A stretch of DNA of 64,000 nt from Azolla caroliniana (taxonomy: Eukaryota; Plantae; Polypodiophyta): the NCBI GenBank assembly GCA_043228905.1, contig JBHGNT010000016.1:7502001-7566000 (forward strand), written 5' to 3'. Below are positions 49,908 to 63,400 of this stretch, piece by piece. The position numbers and the translations under genes were made by a program. The stretch's first letter is position 1. Each line of letters starts with the position of its first letter. Under the pieces are notes generated by a model. The model searched no databases and was not told the origin of the DNA. It saw only the letters and a list, made by a program, of their open reading frames with translations.

Positions 49908-51320
49908 CCTTCATCGTGGAGCACAAAGCCAACTCGATGAGGATGAGCACCTCGAAACCGAACGAGGTGTGGTGTGTGGATTCTGGGGCTTCCAACCACA
50001 TGACAAACCATCAAGAATGGTTCTCCTATCTAGAGAAGCCGAAACCGCCAGGGGGCGTTGAAACCGGAGATGACACCCCTCATCTTATCAAACACATCAG
50101 AGACATCCCTTTGAGCCATATCGGCTAGAAAGGGATAATGAGGAATGTCTTGCATGTACCAACGATAACCAAGAACCTGGTGTTGGTCGGTCAGATCGTC
50201 AACCGAGGTATGTAGGTTCTATTCACTCATCATTGCGCTACGTCGTGAAGATGACGACTGTCCTTGTGTTGTTAGCGGTAGCTGCGACAAAGGGGTGGCA
50301 CTTACATCAGATGGATGTAAAGAATGTGTTCCTGCAAGGTGAGCTTGAGGAAAATGTCTACAAGGCTAGATTAGTAGCAAAGGGCTATGCGTAGATTGGT
50401 GGCAAACGGCTCCGTCAACCAGTACAAGGCGAGATTGGTGGCAAAGGGATATGTGCAGCAACACAACATTGATTACGATCAAACGTTTGCGCCAATCGCG
50501 AAGATGATGACCATCCATTTGTTGCTAGAGGTAGCCGCGGCAAAGGGGTGGCACTTACATAAGATGGATGTAAAGAATTTGTTCCTGCAAGAGAGCTTGA
50601 GGAACATGTGTACATGGTACAACCACCCGGATTTCTATCCGAATTGAACACATCGGCTGTTTGCCGACTGAAGAAGTCCCTCTACAAACTTAACCAAGCC
50701 CCACGTGCTTGGAACGAGAAGATCATGCGAGGTTGCGTAGGATGGGGTTTGCTCCATCGAAATCAAACTCTTCATTGTTCATTGGGTAGAGTCGAACTAG
50801 ACCAATTAGTATTTTGTTATATGTCGATGATTTAGTCATAATCGGTGCCGACCTAGAGAAAATCGACTGAGTCAAGTCTCTGCGTGCGACATCATTTGAC
50901 ATGATGGATCTGGGGGACCTTCATTACTTCCTCGGGATTGAAGTGATCCAAACTCCCAGAGGCATATTAATCAGCCAATGTCATTACATGTTGAATATGC
51001 TCTTCAAATTCGGAATGGCAGATTGTAAATCCGTCTCGACTCCTTTGGACCGCAACTTTAAGCTTCGCCAAGAATCGGGAATGGTGTGCGACCCGACATG
51101 GTTCCGAAAAATAGTTGGGAATTCGGTCTCTCCGGATGAGAACTGGAAACCGGATCGGATGGATCCGGTGTGAACAGGATCCGGGGACATATCTGTAAAC
51201 ATGTTTTTGATGTGCCTATCATGGCTATATTTCTAAATAGTCCTAAAGTCATATAAGTATTGTTGAGAATCGAACTCAACTTCCCATAGAAATAGGTTTC
51301 GCACTAGCTCATGGACATAC

Positions 51321-52067
51321 TGATAGGGTGTATAAGATAATAGATAGTTATACACTATATGAGGGCTTGACCAAACCGATTAGATGGAGTTGAAAATCAT
51401 AATATATTATATAGCTATAGGTAATTATGATTAGAGAGTATAACTCAAGAAACTAAGAAAAAAGATAGAGAAAGCGAGCAAGAAATAAGAATGTTCTGAT
51501 ATTCCAACATCAAGAGAATACAAAGGAGACAAACTCCACATTGAACAAAAACCAAAGACCTTCCTCTTCTAAAACACTTCCTCTTCCACAAAGACACTTC
51601 TTCCTAACATTCCTCATCCACTCTTTGGCCTTCCTCTTCGCCCCTCCCCTCACTAATATCACTTCTTCTTTTATAACCTTCCTCTTCTTATCCACGTTCA
51701 TGCTATTTTTAGAAGCTTTTATCTCCCTATTTTTAGCTATGACACATCGACCTTCTAATCGTCATATCTCCCTCATCCGATATCCAAATTAAGCGATTTA
51801 AAAAGCTATAGAAAGCTCTTTTTACAAGCTTTCTAATCCATATTTAAACGTGATATTTGGATAAACAACGAGGGAGTTATGACCATTCTATTTTTACTGT
51901 TTTTTATAGTCTGCGTTTTCTCTTTTTACTTTTCTCTTGGTCTCGTACTTTTACTTTTGACTTCTTCCCTAAGGTCTTAGTTCGTGTTCTTATCCTCAAA
52001 AGGTGAATTATCTATACTTTATATTCTCCTAATGTTCAATGGCTTAGATTCTAAAAACACTTTCACA
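51321..52067 (-). mobile_element. Solo LTR (747 bp) of the family seen at 49202, opposite orientation
   Basis: TG...TTTCACA termini, exact TSD CATAC (51316-51320, 52068-52072). The right end is the reverse complement of tgtgaaagtgtttttagaa at 49202. Confidence 0.85.
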
Positions 52068-52833
52068 CATACCAAGCTAGTTTTGTAAATAGTAGAAAGG
52101 GCCCTTGCCCTAGTTTAGTTGGTATTTAAACCAACTCTTTGTAACTTTGTTACTATTGGATGATAACATACAGTCTTCTTGGTTAAGAACTTTCTCTCTC
52201 TTTTCTCTCTGTTGTGTAACACACACAATCCTTCCGCTGCATACAATCACTCTCATTTCTTTACATGGTATCAGAGTGCGTGGTAGCTTGATCCAAGCCC
52301 AGACCAAAGAAACGCGTTCATGAAGACCCGGCTAACTGTACAACATTCGCACAGAACGAAGAAACATAGAAGAAATCACCATGAATACTCAGATGGGAAG
52401 TGCTCTTCCTATGGAGAAGCTCAACAGGACGAACTTCGCATCTTGGGAGTACAAGATGCATCAATACCTTGTCAGACAAGGATATTGGAGCTATATTGAA
52501 GGAGCTTACGAAATGCAACCCAACCCGACACACGCCGACTACCCAACGTGGAAGCAGGTTGCAAGCTGTGTGTTGTATTGCCTTGCATCATGCGTACATG
52601 ATCACATGCTTGGCTATATTCGAGAGGCGAAAACGCCAAAAGAAGTGTGGGGCAATCTCAAGAAGATCTTCACAGCCAATACGGTTGCCCGCAAGCTCTA
52701 GCTTCGTCGGGAGTTGAATGACATTCAACAATGGGACAGATCAATCAGCAGCTACGCCTTGAAGATCAAGGAGCTGTGCGATGCCCTCGGGTCGATCAAT
52801 GTTGGCATTGACGACGAAGAAATGGTGCAGATA

Positions 52834-53800
52834 TGTTGGGAGACAGGTCCCTCCGGATGGGAAGGGAGAAGAACAGTGCTGATGAGCAAACTCGACCGAG
52901 GCCGAAACCGAATGAGGAGTACCCGGCTACGGAGAGCCGGATAGTGCAGACTCGGTGAGAACCGGATGAGGAGTACCCGGCTATGGAGAGCCAGATGGTG
53001 CAGATCCGGTGAGAACCGGATGAGGAGTACCCAGCTACGGAGAGCTGGATGGTGCAGATCCGGTGAGAACCGGATGAGGAGTACCCGGCTACGGAGAGCC
53101 GGATGGTGCAGACCCGGTGAGAACCGGATGAGGAGTACCCGGCTGCGGAGAGCCAGATGGTGCAGACCCGGTGAGAACCGGATGAGGAGTACCCGGCTAC
53201 GGAGAGCCGTATGGTGTAGACCCGGTGAGAACCGGATGAGGAGTACCCGGCTACGGAGAGCCGGATGGTGCAGACCCGGTGAGAACCGGATAAGGAGTAC
53301 CTGGCTGCGGAGAGCCGGATGGTGCAGACCCGGTGAGGAGTGCTCACCGGATGAAGAGACATATTCGTAAATATGTTTTTTGAGAGTCCATCGGGGCTAT
53401 ATTTGTAAATAGCCGGAAAGTCATATTAGTATAAATATGACTTAGGGCAAACTTATAGATGTGCGTTGTTATTCTTGTTTGTGCAAGATCAGAGTGTGTA
53501 ACTGTGTACAGAGAGAGAGAGAGAGGAAGAGGTTGTTGCCTCTGTTGTAACCGCTGCCTGTGGCGAAGATAGAAAGCTCGAGGTTGTTGCCTCGGTGCTT
53601 TACTGTTGTACACTATAACATAGTGATAGTTTGCAGCCTGTGGGCTGCCGTGGTTTTTCCCTAGTTTGGGTTTTCCACGTAAACATCATGTGTACTCTTC
53701 TCTCACTTTTGTGTCATGCATTCATTCCCGTTTTTTGTGGTTGATTCTAAGCTCGGTTGTGGCTGAGCGTTGTTCATAGCGGAGTGCATAGTTCCTGTCA
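52834..53800 (+). mobile_element. Tork-like solo LTR (967 bp) with an internal 54-bp minisatellite
   Basis: TGTTGGG...TGTCA termini, exact TSD AGATA; removing it restores gag MVQI|CLGG. Confidence 0.9.
52905..53337. repeat. 54-bp tandem repeat, 8 copies
   Basis: atgaggagtacc (one copy ataaggagtacc) recurs at 52912, 52966, 53020, 53074, 53128, 53182, 53236 and 53290. Confidence 0.95.
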
Positions 53801-54224
53801 AGATATGCCTCGGAGGCGTGGCACCTTGATTGAGTGCAATAAGGTCCGCCTTGCAAGAGAGAATCCTCCCACCTTTTCCGATCTCCAGTAAAAATTGCTG
53901 GTCGAAGAAAATCACGCCCAAGAAAGGAACAATGCACCAGAGGGTCAGATGCTCTACTCCCACTTGGATGATAGAAGAAATTTCGGCCGTGGAAATAGAG
54001 GTCGATTTGGACAAGGCTGTCACGGTCAACAGACCCAAGAGCGTAACTCCCACCAATGGCAAGCAGACAAGAACAATACTAGAGCGTTCGACCGAAGGGG
54101 GAGTCATCACGCCGGACCAAGCAACCGTAATAACCCAATCAAATGCAGATACTGCGGAAAACTCGGTCACTACGAAGAGGAGTGCCGAAAGAAGAAGCGA
54201 GAATCGGCTTCAACCAGCGGACAA

Positions 54225-54372
54225 TTCACGAACTACACATCGAATTCCGACTAGGACAATCGGAGCGGAATATTCACGAACTACGCATCGAATTCCGACT
54301 ACGACAATCGGAGCGGAATGTTCACGAATTATGCATCGAATTTTGACTACGACGATCGTAGCGGAATGTTCA
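54225..54372 (+). repeat. In-frame 48-bp triplication after the gag zinc knuckle
   Basis: ttcacgaactac.catcgaattccgacta.gacaatcggagcgga three times (FTNYASNSDYDNRSG). Confidence 0.85.
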
Positions 54373-57300
54373 TGATGAGGCACAAAGGGCACTCAATGGC
54401 GACACAAGGTGAAACAAGCACCACGCCCTCAGAGAATGTATGATTTGTTGACTCGGGAGCATCAAACCACATGACGTCTCATGAAAATTGGTTTCGGGAA
54501 TTACGAAAACCCGAACAACCCGGATATGTTAAGACAGGCGATGACACGAATCATCCAATACAACATATCGGGAACGTCCCATTCGGAAACGATGGCAAAC
54601 AAACCTACCTCTAGAACGTACTTCATGTTCCTACTATCACTTAAAACCTGGTCTCGGTTGTTCAGATTGTCGAACAAGGAATGCAAGTACAATTCAACAA
54701 TGATGGGTGCTTTATCAAAAGAGGCGATTGAATCGTAGCTCACGGCTGTCGTGAAGGCCGTATGTTTGTCCTCGAATCGAACGAGGTAAAATCAACCATG
54801 TTTGCAAACGGCCTCAAAGTCAAAACCGACCTAAACTTGTGGCACAAGAGAATTGGTGACATCAATCTCCAGAAGCTTCAGAACATGCTATTGAAAGGAG
54901 TCATACTCAGACTCCCGAACTTTACCACATAGGAGATTATGAGCATATGCGAAGTGTGACAGTTCTGAAAGCAACGTAGACATCCATTCCCGAAAGAGTG
55001 GAATGTGAGCAAAGGGATCTTGGATGTCGTACATTTAGATGTGTGGGGACCAGCTCAAACAACCACACTCGGTGGATGCCAATATTACATCACGTTCATC
55101 GACGACTTCTCCAGGTACACATGGATCTACTCGATGAGACAGAAGAGCGAAGTGTTTGGACACTTCCAGAGATTTAAAGCCAAAATCGAAAATCTACGGG
55201 TCGGCACATACGCTGCCTTCGATCAAATGGAGGCAAAGAATATTTCTCAGATGAATTTACGACGTATCTCTGAAAGGAAGGAATCCGACGAGAATTTTCA
55301 TGTCGTCATACACCTCAGCAAAATGGCGTAGCCGAGCAGAAGAACTGGCACATAGTAGAGGTTGCACGGGCAATGATGAACGAGAAGAACCTGTCGAAAT
55401 CATACTGGGCAGAAACGACGAACAAGACCGCATACCTTATGAACAGGTGCACAACCTCAGGATTACACGACACAACCCCCTATGAGACGTTTCTTGGTAA
55501 GAAGCCAGACTTATCACATGTTCGTATTCTCGGCTGAATTGCTTATGTGCATATTTCCGATGATACGTGACAATAGCTCGACCCAAAGTCAGAGAAATGT
55601 ATCCTCGTGGGATACTCGCTCGAACAAAAGGGTTACAAATGCTACAATCCATCTACCTGAAAAGTTCGAACAAGTCAAGATGTCGTTTTCGACGAGTCCG
55701 CATCCTGGTACACACCAAAGACAACTTCGACTCTGACTCTGTTCCACCCGGAATACGCCGAAATAGAGGCAGAAGGCGAAGATTGACTTACATGCATGCT
55801 CGACAAAAGCCCAATCACGACCCGAATAAATGGGCCACAAGAACCTCTGAGTGATCAAAGAACATCTCACCCGAGTCCGAAGCTGGACAAAGGGAAGGCG
55901 AAAATGGCGGAGTATGAAGACAATCACTTCGACGGAAATGAATCAACTCATTCCCTCGATAGTGAGTTGGAAGGCCTCGACATCTAGAAAAATGGAGCGA
56001 AGAAAGCCTTAATATTCGCAAACAAAAAACTACGTAGGTCCACCCGAGAGAAGAACCCTGTAAGCCGTTATGGCTAAAACAAGTATGTGGCGTATCATTA
56101 CGCCTTTATGATGAAGGTAGCATCAGTACGGGAGCCGGAAAACCCTTTCCGAAGCCGTAAAGGATCCGCGATGGGTTGACGCGATGAATGAAGAAATGCA
56201 AGCCCTATGCAAAAATGAGACATGGGATCTCGTTCCTCACATTCTGCACAAGAAAGCAATTGGCTGCCGATGGATTTACAAAGTGAAACACAATGCCGAC
56301 GGCTCCATAAATCACTTCAAAGCGTGGCTCATTGCGAAAGGATACGCAAAAACGCACGGAGTTGACTACGAAGAGACCTTTGCTCCAGTGGCAAAGATGA
56401 CAACTGTGCGAACCGTGGTTGCAATCACATTAGGAAAAGGGTAGCACCTTCATCAAATGGATGTGACGAACGCATTCCTCCAAGGGGAATTAGAGGAGGA
56501 AGTGTACATGATCCAACCACCTGGCTTTGAATCACGCAATCATCTGAACATCGTTTGCCGACTCAAGAAGCCACTCTACGGCCTCAAACAAGCACCACGT
56601 GCATGGCATTCGAAGATCATGTAGTACTTCATCAAATCGGATTTCGAATGTCAAAATCTAATAACTCTTTGTACATCTGAAACGATTCAGATAGCCTGAT
56701 TTTCATCATCCTATACATGGATGATTTGGTCATCGGAGGAAAGGAGCTCGCCGAGATTAACAAGGTCAAATCACTTCTCTCCGACAGATTCGAAATGAAA
56801 TACCTGTACGAGCTACATTACTTCTTAGGCATCGAAGTAATTCAAACACCAGTCAGGATAATGATCTCACAACAACACTACGTCCTCAACATACTCTACA
56901 ATTTCGGGATGGCGGAGTGGAAACCTGTGTCCACCCCGGTTGACCGTAATCTCAAGCTTGATGTCTATTTTAGCATAGCCGAGTGCGAGCCCACTTATTA
57001 TCGCCAATTGATCGACAACCTCATCTACCTAACCATTACACGACCTGACCTCCACTATTCGGTCGGCCTACTCAGCCAATTCATACAAAATCCGCGAAAC
57101 CTTCATCTTGATTGCGCTAAGAGGGTACTTCGGTACGTCGGTGGTACAATTGATTACAGAGTCAGATATAGGTCAAATATGATAATTCGACTTGAAGGGT
57201 ACACAGACGGGGACTGGGCAGGTTATAAAGCGGATAGATGGTGAACATCAGGATTTGTCTTCTCCCTCGGCAGCGGAGCAATCTCATGGAGTAGTAAGAA

Positions 57301-58924
57301 GCAACCGACAGTTGCATTGTCGAGCACGGAGGCCGAATACAGGGGCGCGGCGGTCGCCGCGTGCGAAGCCGTATGGCTCAAGCGTATATTGAAGGATCTG
57401 GGCGTACCCATCACGGATCTGATCCATCTATACTGCGACAACATGAGCAGTATCTACCTGGAACGGAACCCCGTATTCCACGCGCGGACTAAGCATGTCA
57501 AAGTGCACTACCACTTCATCCGCGAACGCGTGTAGGCCAGACTTACACCACATTAGCACGAATCTACATGTAGCTCTGAAATTTTCACGAAAGCCCTGGG
57601 TATCGACAAGCCGCAACAGTTTGCGTCGAACCTTGCCCCATCTATTCCCGACCAGCCGAGCTTGAGGGGGAGTACAGAGTGAACCGATTGATTGATCGAA
57701 GCCGAACAAGGAGTACGCAACCGAAAAGCCGAACAATCAAAGTTTGAGGCGTTCCAAAGACCGATCCAAAACAATTTTTCGATATTTGGAAGTTGTGTTT
57801 GAAGGGGCAGGTTTAGAATCGAACTCAACTTCCCATAGAAATAGGTTTCACACTAGCTCATGGACATACCAGGCTAGTTTTGTAAATAGTAGAAAGGGCC
57901 CTTGCCCTAGTTTAGTTGGCATTTAAACCAACCCTTTGTAACTTTGTTACAGTTGGATGATAACATATAGTCTTCTGGGTTAAGAACTTTCTCTCTCTTT
58001 TCTCTCTGTTGCGTAACACACACAGTCCTTCCGCTGCATACAATCACTCTCATTTCATTAGAAGTATAAATATGACTTAGGGCAATCACTTTAGAGTAGT
58101 AGTAGTTGTTGTACAAGTTCATGTCGATGAAGCACCAGATATATGTTGCCGTCTTCATGTGCATGTACAACAACTTCAATAAAGAAAGCAAGGCTCATGT
58201 GCTCTGGGAGAAAATCGACACCATGGTGGAGGGTAAAAACGTCGTTAATCAGGTTTCGGTATTCGGGAAGTTAGTGAGACTCCGGTACCAAGATGGATCC
58301 AGCATTGCGGAGCACATGAATGCATTCCAAGGGCTCATAAATCAAACAACCTCGCTAGAAGTACCTCTAGCCGATGAGGTACTTGCACTGCTCCTGCTCG
58401 GTTCCCTCCCGAATAGTTGGGAGACGTTATTGTCACCTTGGGCAATGTCGGGCCGGAAGGAAAGCAGTTGTCCCTAGAAAGGGTAAAATGAAGCTTGCTG
58501 GGATGAAGAAGCACGCCGGAAGGATTGGGAGTCCGGAACCGATCAGAAGACCTTGGTCACGGAAGATGAACTTAACTGGGGAAGAGGTCGTATTCAGACT
58601 CCAAACCGGGACAAATCGGGGACGAGGTCAAAGTCAAGGGGAAGGCCCACTTGTTTTTATTGTGGAAAGCCGGGGCGCTTCTAGAAGAATTGCTGACACT
58701 TTCGGAATGCCAAAGCGTTGCTGACATTCTAGAACCGACGAAGATTTCGGAAAGGAGAGGAACGTCGGCGATTGCAATAAGTGAAGCATAACTACTGCTA
58801 ATCACCGAGGAGAGTGAGCTGCATCTTGTCAATGACGAAATGACACGGGTGGTCCACTCCGGAGCGTCATTCCACCTGACTCCTAACCAGAAGTGCTTCT
58901 CACCATACAGAGCCGGATATCACG

Positions 58925-60435
58925 TGTTGGGAAATCGGTCCCTCCGGATGGGATCCAGTGATGAATAAAGAGGACCCGGTGAGAATTGGAGGAGACCTAG
59001 TGAGAACCGGAAGAGACGACATATCTGTAAATATGTTTTGAGTAAGCCTATTGAGGTTATATTTGTAAATAGGCCTAAGTTCATATAACTATAAATATGA
59101 CTTAGGGCAATCACTTTATAGAGTGGTTGTTGTAATATTGTTGTACAGAGAGAGCGACAAAGAGAGAGTGTGTGAGATACAGAGTGATACTTTGTTGTAA
59201 CCGCCGGTTGGCGAAGATACAGAGCTTGAGGTCATTGCCTCCGAAGCTCTGATTGTACCTTTCTCCTATAGTCATAGTTGGAGTCCGTGGGCTCCCGTGG
59301 TTTTTTCCCATTTAGGGTTCTTCCACATAAACGTCCTGTGTATTTCCTTTGTGTACTCTCCACTTCCCATTTTTGTGTTTCATTCTCAGTGAAGCGATTC
59401 TGTTGTGGCCGAGCAATATTCCGCGTTTTTTTCTCTTCAATCTAGTATCAGAGTGAACAACACAGGAAATGGAAGAATCGTTCAACGACATGTTCAAGCT
59501 CACCAACTCCAACTACTCAGTGTGGAAGTTGAAGATGAGGAATATGCTGGTGGTTAAAGATCTTTGGTTGTCGGTTCAAATCGGGGACAAGAGACTGGAT
59601 AAGATCGATGCCATAGTGTGGGAGGTGATGCACATGAAGATGAAGGCCTACATCCGGTGCTTCATCAACATGAGCCTGTACAACAACTTCAATGGAGAGA
59701 GCAAGGCTCATGAACTCTAGGAGAAGATCGGCATCATGTTCCAGAACAAGAATGTTGTTAATCGGGTTTCGGTATTCCTGAAGCCAGTGAGGGTCCGGTA
59801 CCAGGACGGCTCCAGTATGGCGGAGCACATGAATGTCTTCCAGGGACTGATCCACCAAGAAACCTCGTTGGAAGTACCTCTTACCGATGAGGTACTCGCA
59901 TTACTCCCACTCGGTTCCCTCCTGGATAGTTGGGAAACGCTAGTTGTCACATTGAGCTATGCCGAACCGGAAGGAAAGTAGTTGTCCCTAGCAAGGGTAA
60001 ACTCAAGCTTGCTAGATTAAAAAGTTCGCCAGAAGGCCTTGGTCACGGAAGATCACCACAACCGGGGAAAAGGACGGTATCAGAGTCTCCAAAATCGGGA
60101 CAAGTCGGGGACGAGCTGATTCGAAGAAGGGTTCGCACCAAAATGGTTCAGACTGGAGAAGCCCGGATCGGAAGGGAACGTCAGCGATTGTGAAAAGTGA
60201 AGAAGAATTAATGCTCATTATCGAAGAGAATGAGTTAAACCTTGTCGACGACAAGACAACGTGGGTTGTCGATTTCGGAGTGTTGTTCCACCTAACACCA
60301 GACCGAATATGCTTCTCATATTACACAGCTAGTGATCATGGTTGGGTTGGGATGGGGAATGAAGGTACATGCCGAATTGTCGGCATAGGAGATGTGTTGT
60401 TGATGACATCAATTGGATACACGTTGGAGCTGAAG

Positions 60436-60438
<3 letters not shown>
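58925..60438 (+). mobile_element. 5' part of a Tork-like Copia (LTR 58925-59439, PBS, gag, protease)
   Basis: TGTTGGG..CTTCA LTR, PBS variant TAGTATCAGAG at 59443, gag MEESFNDMFKLTNSNYSVWK from 59469, WVVDFG protease. Confidence 0.88.
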
Positions 60439-60478
<40 letters not shown>

Positions 60479-63400
60479 CGTGAGCCGCGCCATAGACGTG
60501 TGAGCAATAGCAGACATGAAGAGCCATGTGTTGATCCACTCGCAAGAGTGTTGTAATCCGCTCTATATTGTATATCCACTGTCTATAGTGAAGTTCTGTT
60601 CCAGTGGTTTTCCCCGTTTTAGGGTTTCCACGTAAATCTCTATGCATAGCTGTGTATCTTGTCTTTCTGTGATTCGTATTTCAACATTGTCTGTTCATTG
60701 TGATTTAAATTCCGCAATGATTTCTCAACAAACTAGTATCAGAGCTTGAGGTGCAAGTATGGAAGGAGTTGTGAGCAGTTTCCCAGGTATGATAGTTCTC
60801 AACTCACAGAACTATGCAGACTAGAAGATCAAGATGGAAGACCTTCTCATAGTTAAAGATCTGTACGAGCCAATCGACAAAGCAGAAATACCTAGGGGGG
60901 TATTGGAGTCGGACTAGAAGCTTCTAAATAGAAAGCCACTATCCGACAATGTGTTGATGTAACTGTCCTTCAGCATGTGGCGAACGACACAAATGCCCAC
61001 GAGATGTGGCAGAAGCTGTCGGGTCTATATGAGAGGAAGAACGCACTCAATAAAACCTCACTGATGAGAAAAATCGTACGGCTAAAATACAGAGACGGTG
61101 AGAGCATTGTCGAACACATCAGCACATTCATGGGGGTGTGTAAATCAACTTGTTGCAACCAAGTTCCCCCTGGAGGATGCAATGCAGGCCATCCTGTTGA
61201 TGTGCACACTGCCAGACAGCTGGAAGAATTTGGTGGTTACTCGTAGCACCTCTTGTCAAGAAGAGAACTTGTCTTTACAGAAGGTGAAGACAAGCATCCT
61301 AAATGAGGAGGCGTGGAGGAAAGACAAAGGAGTCTTGTCCCAAACAGACTCAAATCTGACTCAACATATGGACAAAGGCAAGGACTGGCGAAGAAGAAGT
61401 CCGCAACGAACGGACAAATCCCATGCCAGATCGAAGTCTAGAGGTAAGCTAGTGTGCTTTTATTGTGGAAAACCTGGACACCTCCAGAAGGACTGCGGAC
61501 ACATGAGAAGAGACTAGAGTGTCGGAAACAATGTTGAACCCAGGAAGATTCCTAATGAGAAGAACACTTCGTCCATTGCTACGAGCAATGAAGAACTCCT
61601 GTTCATTTGTGAGCAGACAAGTACAAATCTTGTGAGTGAAGAATGCACTTGGGTGATTGACTTCGGCACATCCTTCCATATTACTCTATCGAGAGAGTAT
61701 TTCTCAACTTACATAATTGGGGATCATGGTTATGTAAAGATGGGTGATAGTGGAGAGTGCAAGATAACTGGAGTCGGAAGTGTTAGCTTGACGACGTCGA
61801 TAGGGTGTCGACTAACGTTGAAGGATGTTCGACACATCCCTGATATAAGATGGAATCTGATATCGACTAGAAGACTTGACGACGAAGGCTACAGTGGTAG
61901 CTTTTAGAATGGCAAGTGGAAGCTCTGCCGAGGAAATCTTATAGTGGCCCGAGCACAAAAAGAAGGCACATTGTACATGATGCATGCCCGACTGTGCAAA
62001 TCGGAAGTAAATATGGCAGCCGACTCGGCAGGTGATATATGGCATAAGAGGCTAGGCCACATGAGTGAGAAGGGAATGCACCTGGTAGCTAACCAAAAAC
62101 TTCTACCAGAAGTCAAGGGAGTGCACCTGGAGAAGTGTGTTGACTGCTTAGCCAGAAAGCAGAACAGGGCGGCATTCCACTCAAGACCACCGAGAAGAAG
62201 AGAAGTTGCACTGGAACTAGTTCACACGTATGTGTGCTATGTGGATTCTCCATCGCATCAAGGTGGACAGTACTTCGTGACATTCATTGACGACCATAGT
62301 CGGAACACATTGGCCTTTGTATTGAAGACAAAGGATCAAGTACTGTCGGTTTCCAAGGAGTTCCAGGCAAGAGTTGAAAGAGAGTCGGGTCGGAAACTGA
62401 AGGTTGTCCGAACCGACAACAGTGGCGAGTACAAAGGGAAGTTCGAGGAATACTGCAAGTGCCATGGTATTCGAATCGAATACACAATGCCAAAGACCCT
62501 AGAATATAAAGGGCTTGCAGAGAGGATGAATCGTACGATCATGGAGAGAGTAAGGAGCATGCTTTCCCATGCGAAACTGCCGAAATCCTATTGGGCTGAG
62601 GCATTGTACACAACTGTTTATCTGATCAACAGGTCTCCCTCAGTACCTCTAAAGGGTGATGTCCCACAGAGGGTGTGGATAGGAAAGGATGTCTCCTATC
62701 AACACCTGAGGATGTTTGGCATATATGCATGTACCAAAGGATCAGAGGTCAAAGCTCGATAGCAAGTCGAAAGCATGCATATTCATGGGATACTCGGAAG
62801 ATGAATTCGGCTTCAAGTTGTGGGACTTAGTCGACAAGAAGGTAGTGAGAAGTCGGGACGTCGTTTTTCTTGAAGATAAGAAAATTGAACACTGGAAACA
62901 ACACAAGTCAGAACTAATTCCCCACTCAACCTCGACTACCATCGACTTAAGGCCAAATGTGTCGTCATCGGCAACTGTAAGGAGACAGTTGGCCGACAGA
63001 GCCGAATCCGAGTCGGTTGACTCCGAAAGATTGACAGACTATGAGTCAGAGTCGGCAGATCTACTGAAATCAATTGAGGAATATGAGTTGGAATTTTCCA
63101 ACCTGAAGATGCCAATTGATGAGCAGAATCCCGAGCCGAGAGAAGAGTTGGCAGAGACATCCGAAAGAGAGCCAACAATGAGTGGAAGAAGATACCCACT
63201 CAGAGAAAGGAAAGCACCGACTACATACGCCAGTCAATACATCCTCTTGACTGATGACGGTGAACCGGAGTGCCATAAAGAAGCCATTGCCGACGAGAGC
63301 AAAGAAAAATGGTTGAACGCGATGCAAGAGGAGATGGAATCCTTGCACACGAATTACACCTACGACCTAATAGAGCTGTCGAAAGGTAAGAGAGCACTTA

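Larger units (their letters stand above)
41994..51112 (+). mobile_element. Ty1/copia (third family) with 5' LTR 41994-42442, interrupted by younger insertions
   Basis: PBS TGGTATTAGAG at 42443. gag from 42550 (YTTRIKEICDSLGSINV), resuming at 48921 (knuckle CWYC) and 49913 (WCVDSGASNHMT). RT fragments at 50240-51110 ([20 protein letters not shown]). Confidence 0.85.
51261..58062 (+). mobile_element. Full-length decayed Ty1/copia (third family): 5' LTR 51261-52265 (with insertion), 3' LTR ~57810-58062
   Basis: Exact TSD AGTAT, PBS TGGTATCAGAG at 52266. gag from 52381 (EKLNRTNFASWEYKM), CRYCGKLGHYEEEC, HLDVWGP, FIDDFSR, WIYKVKHNADGS, YMDDLVI, EAEYRGAA, RTKHVKVHYHF. Confidence 0.93.
51113..58924 (+). 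mobile_element. Tork-like Copia remnant (LTR 51113-51260 + 58063-~58105; gag/protease 58164-58924) hosting a full element in its LTR
   Basis: LTR start gttgggaattcggtctctccggatg belongs to the same family as 58925 and the reverse complement of 35241-35845. gag NNFNKESKAHVLWEKI..LVRLRYQDGSS. Confidence 0.75.

Noticed and set aside
52905-53337. Regular repeat array resembling a CRISPR array or a repeat-protein gene (ORFs 52796-53362 and 52966-53370)
   Set aside because: Units are contiguous with no unique spacers, there are no cas genes, and the array lies within a TSD-flanked LTR; the ORFs arise because 54 is a multiple of 3.
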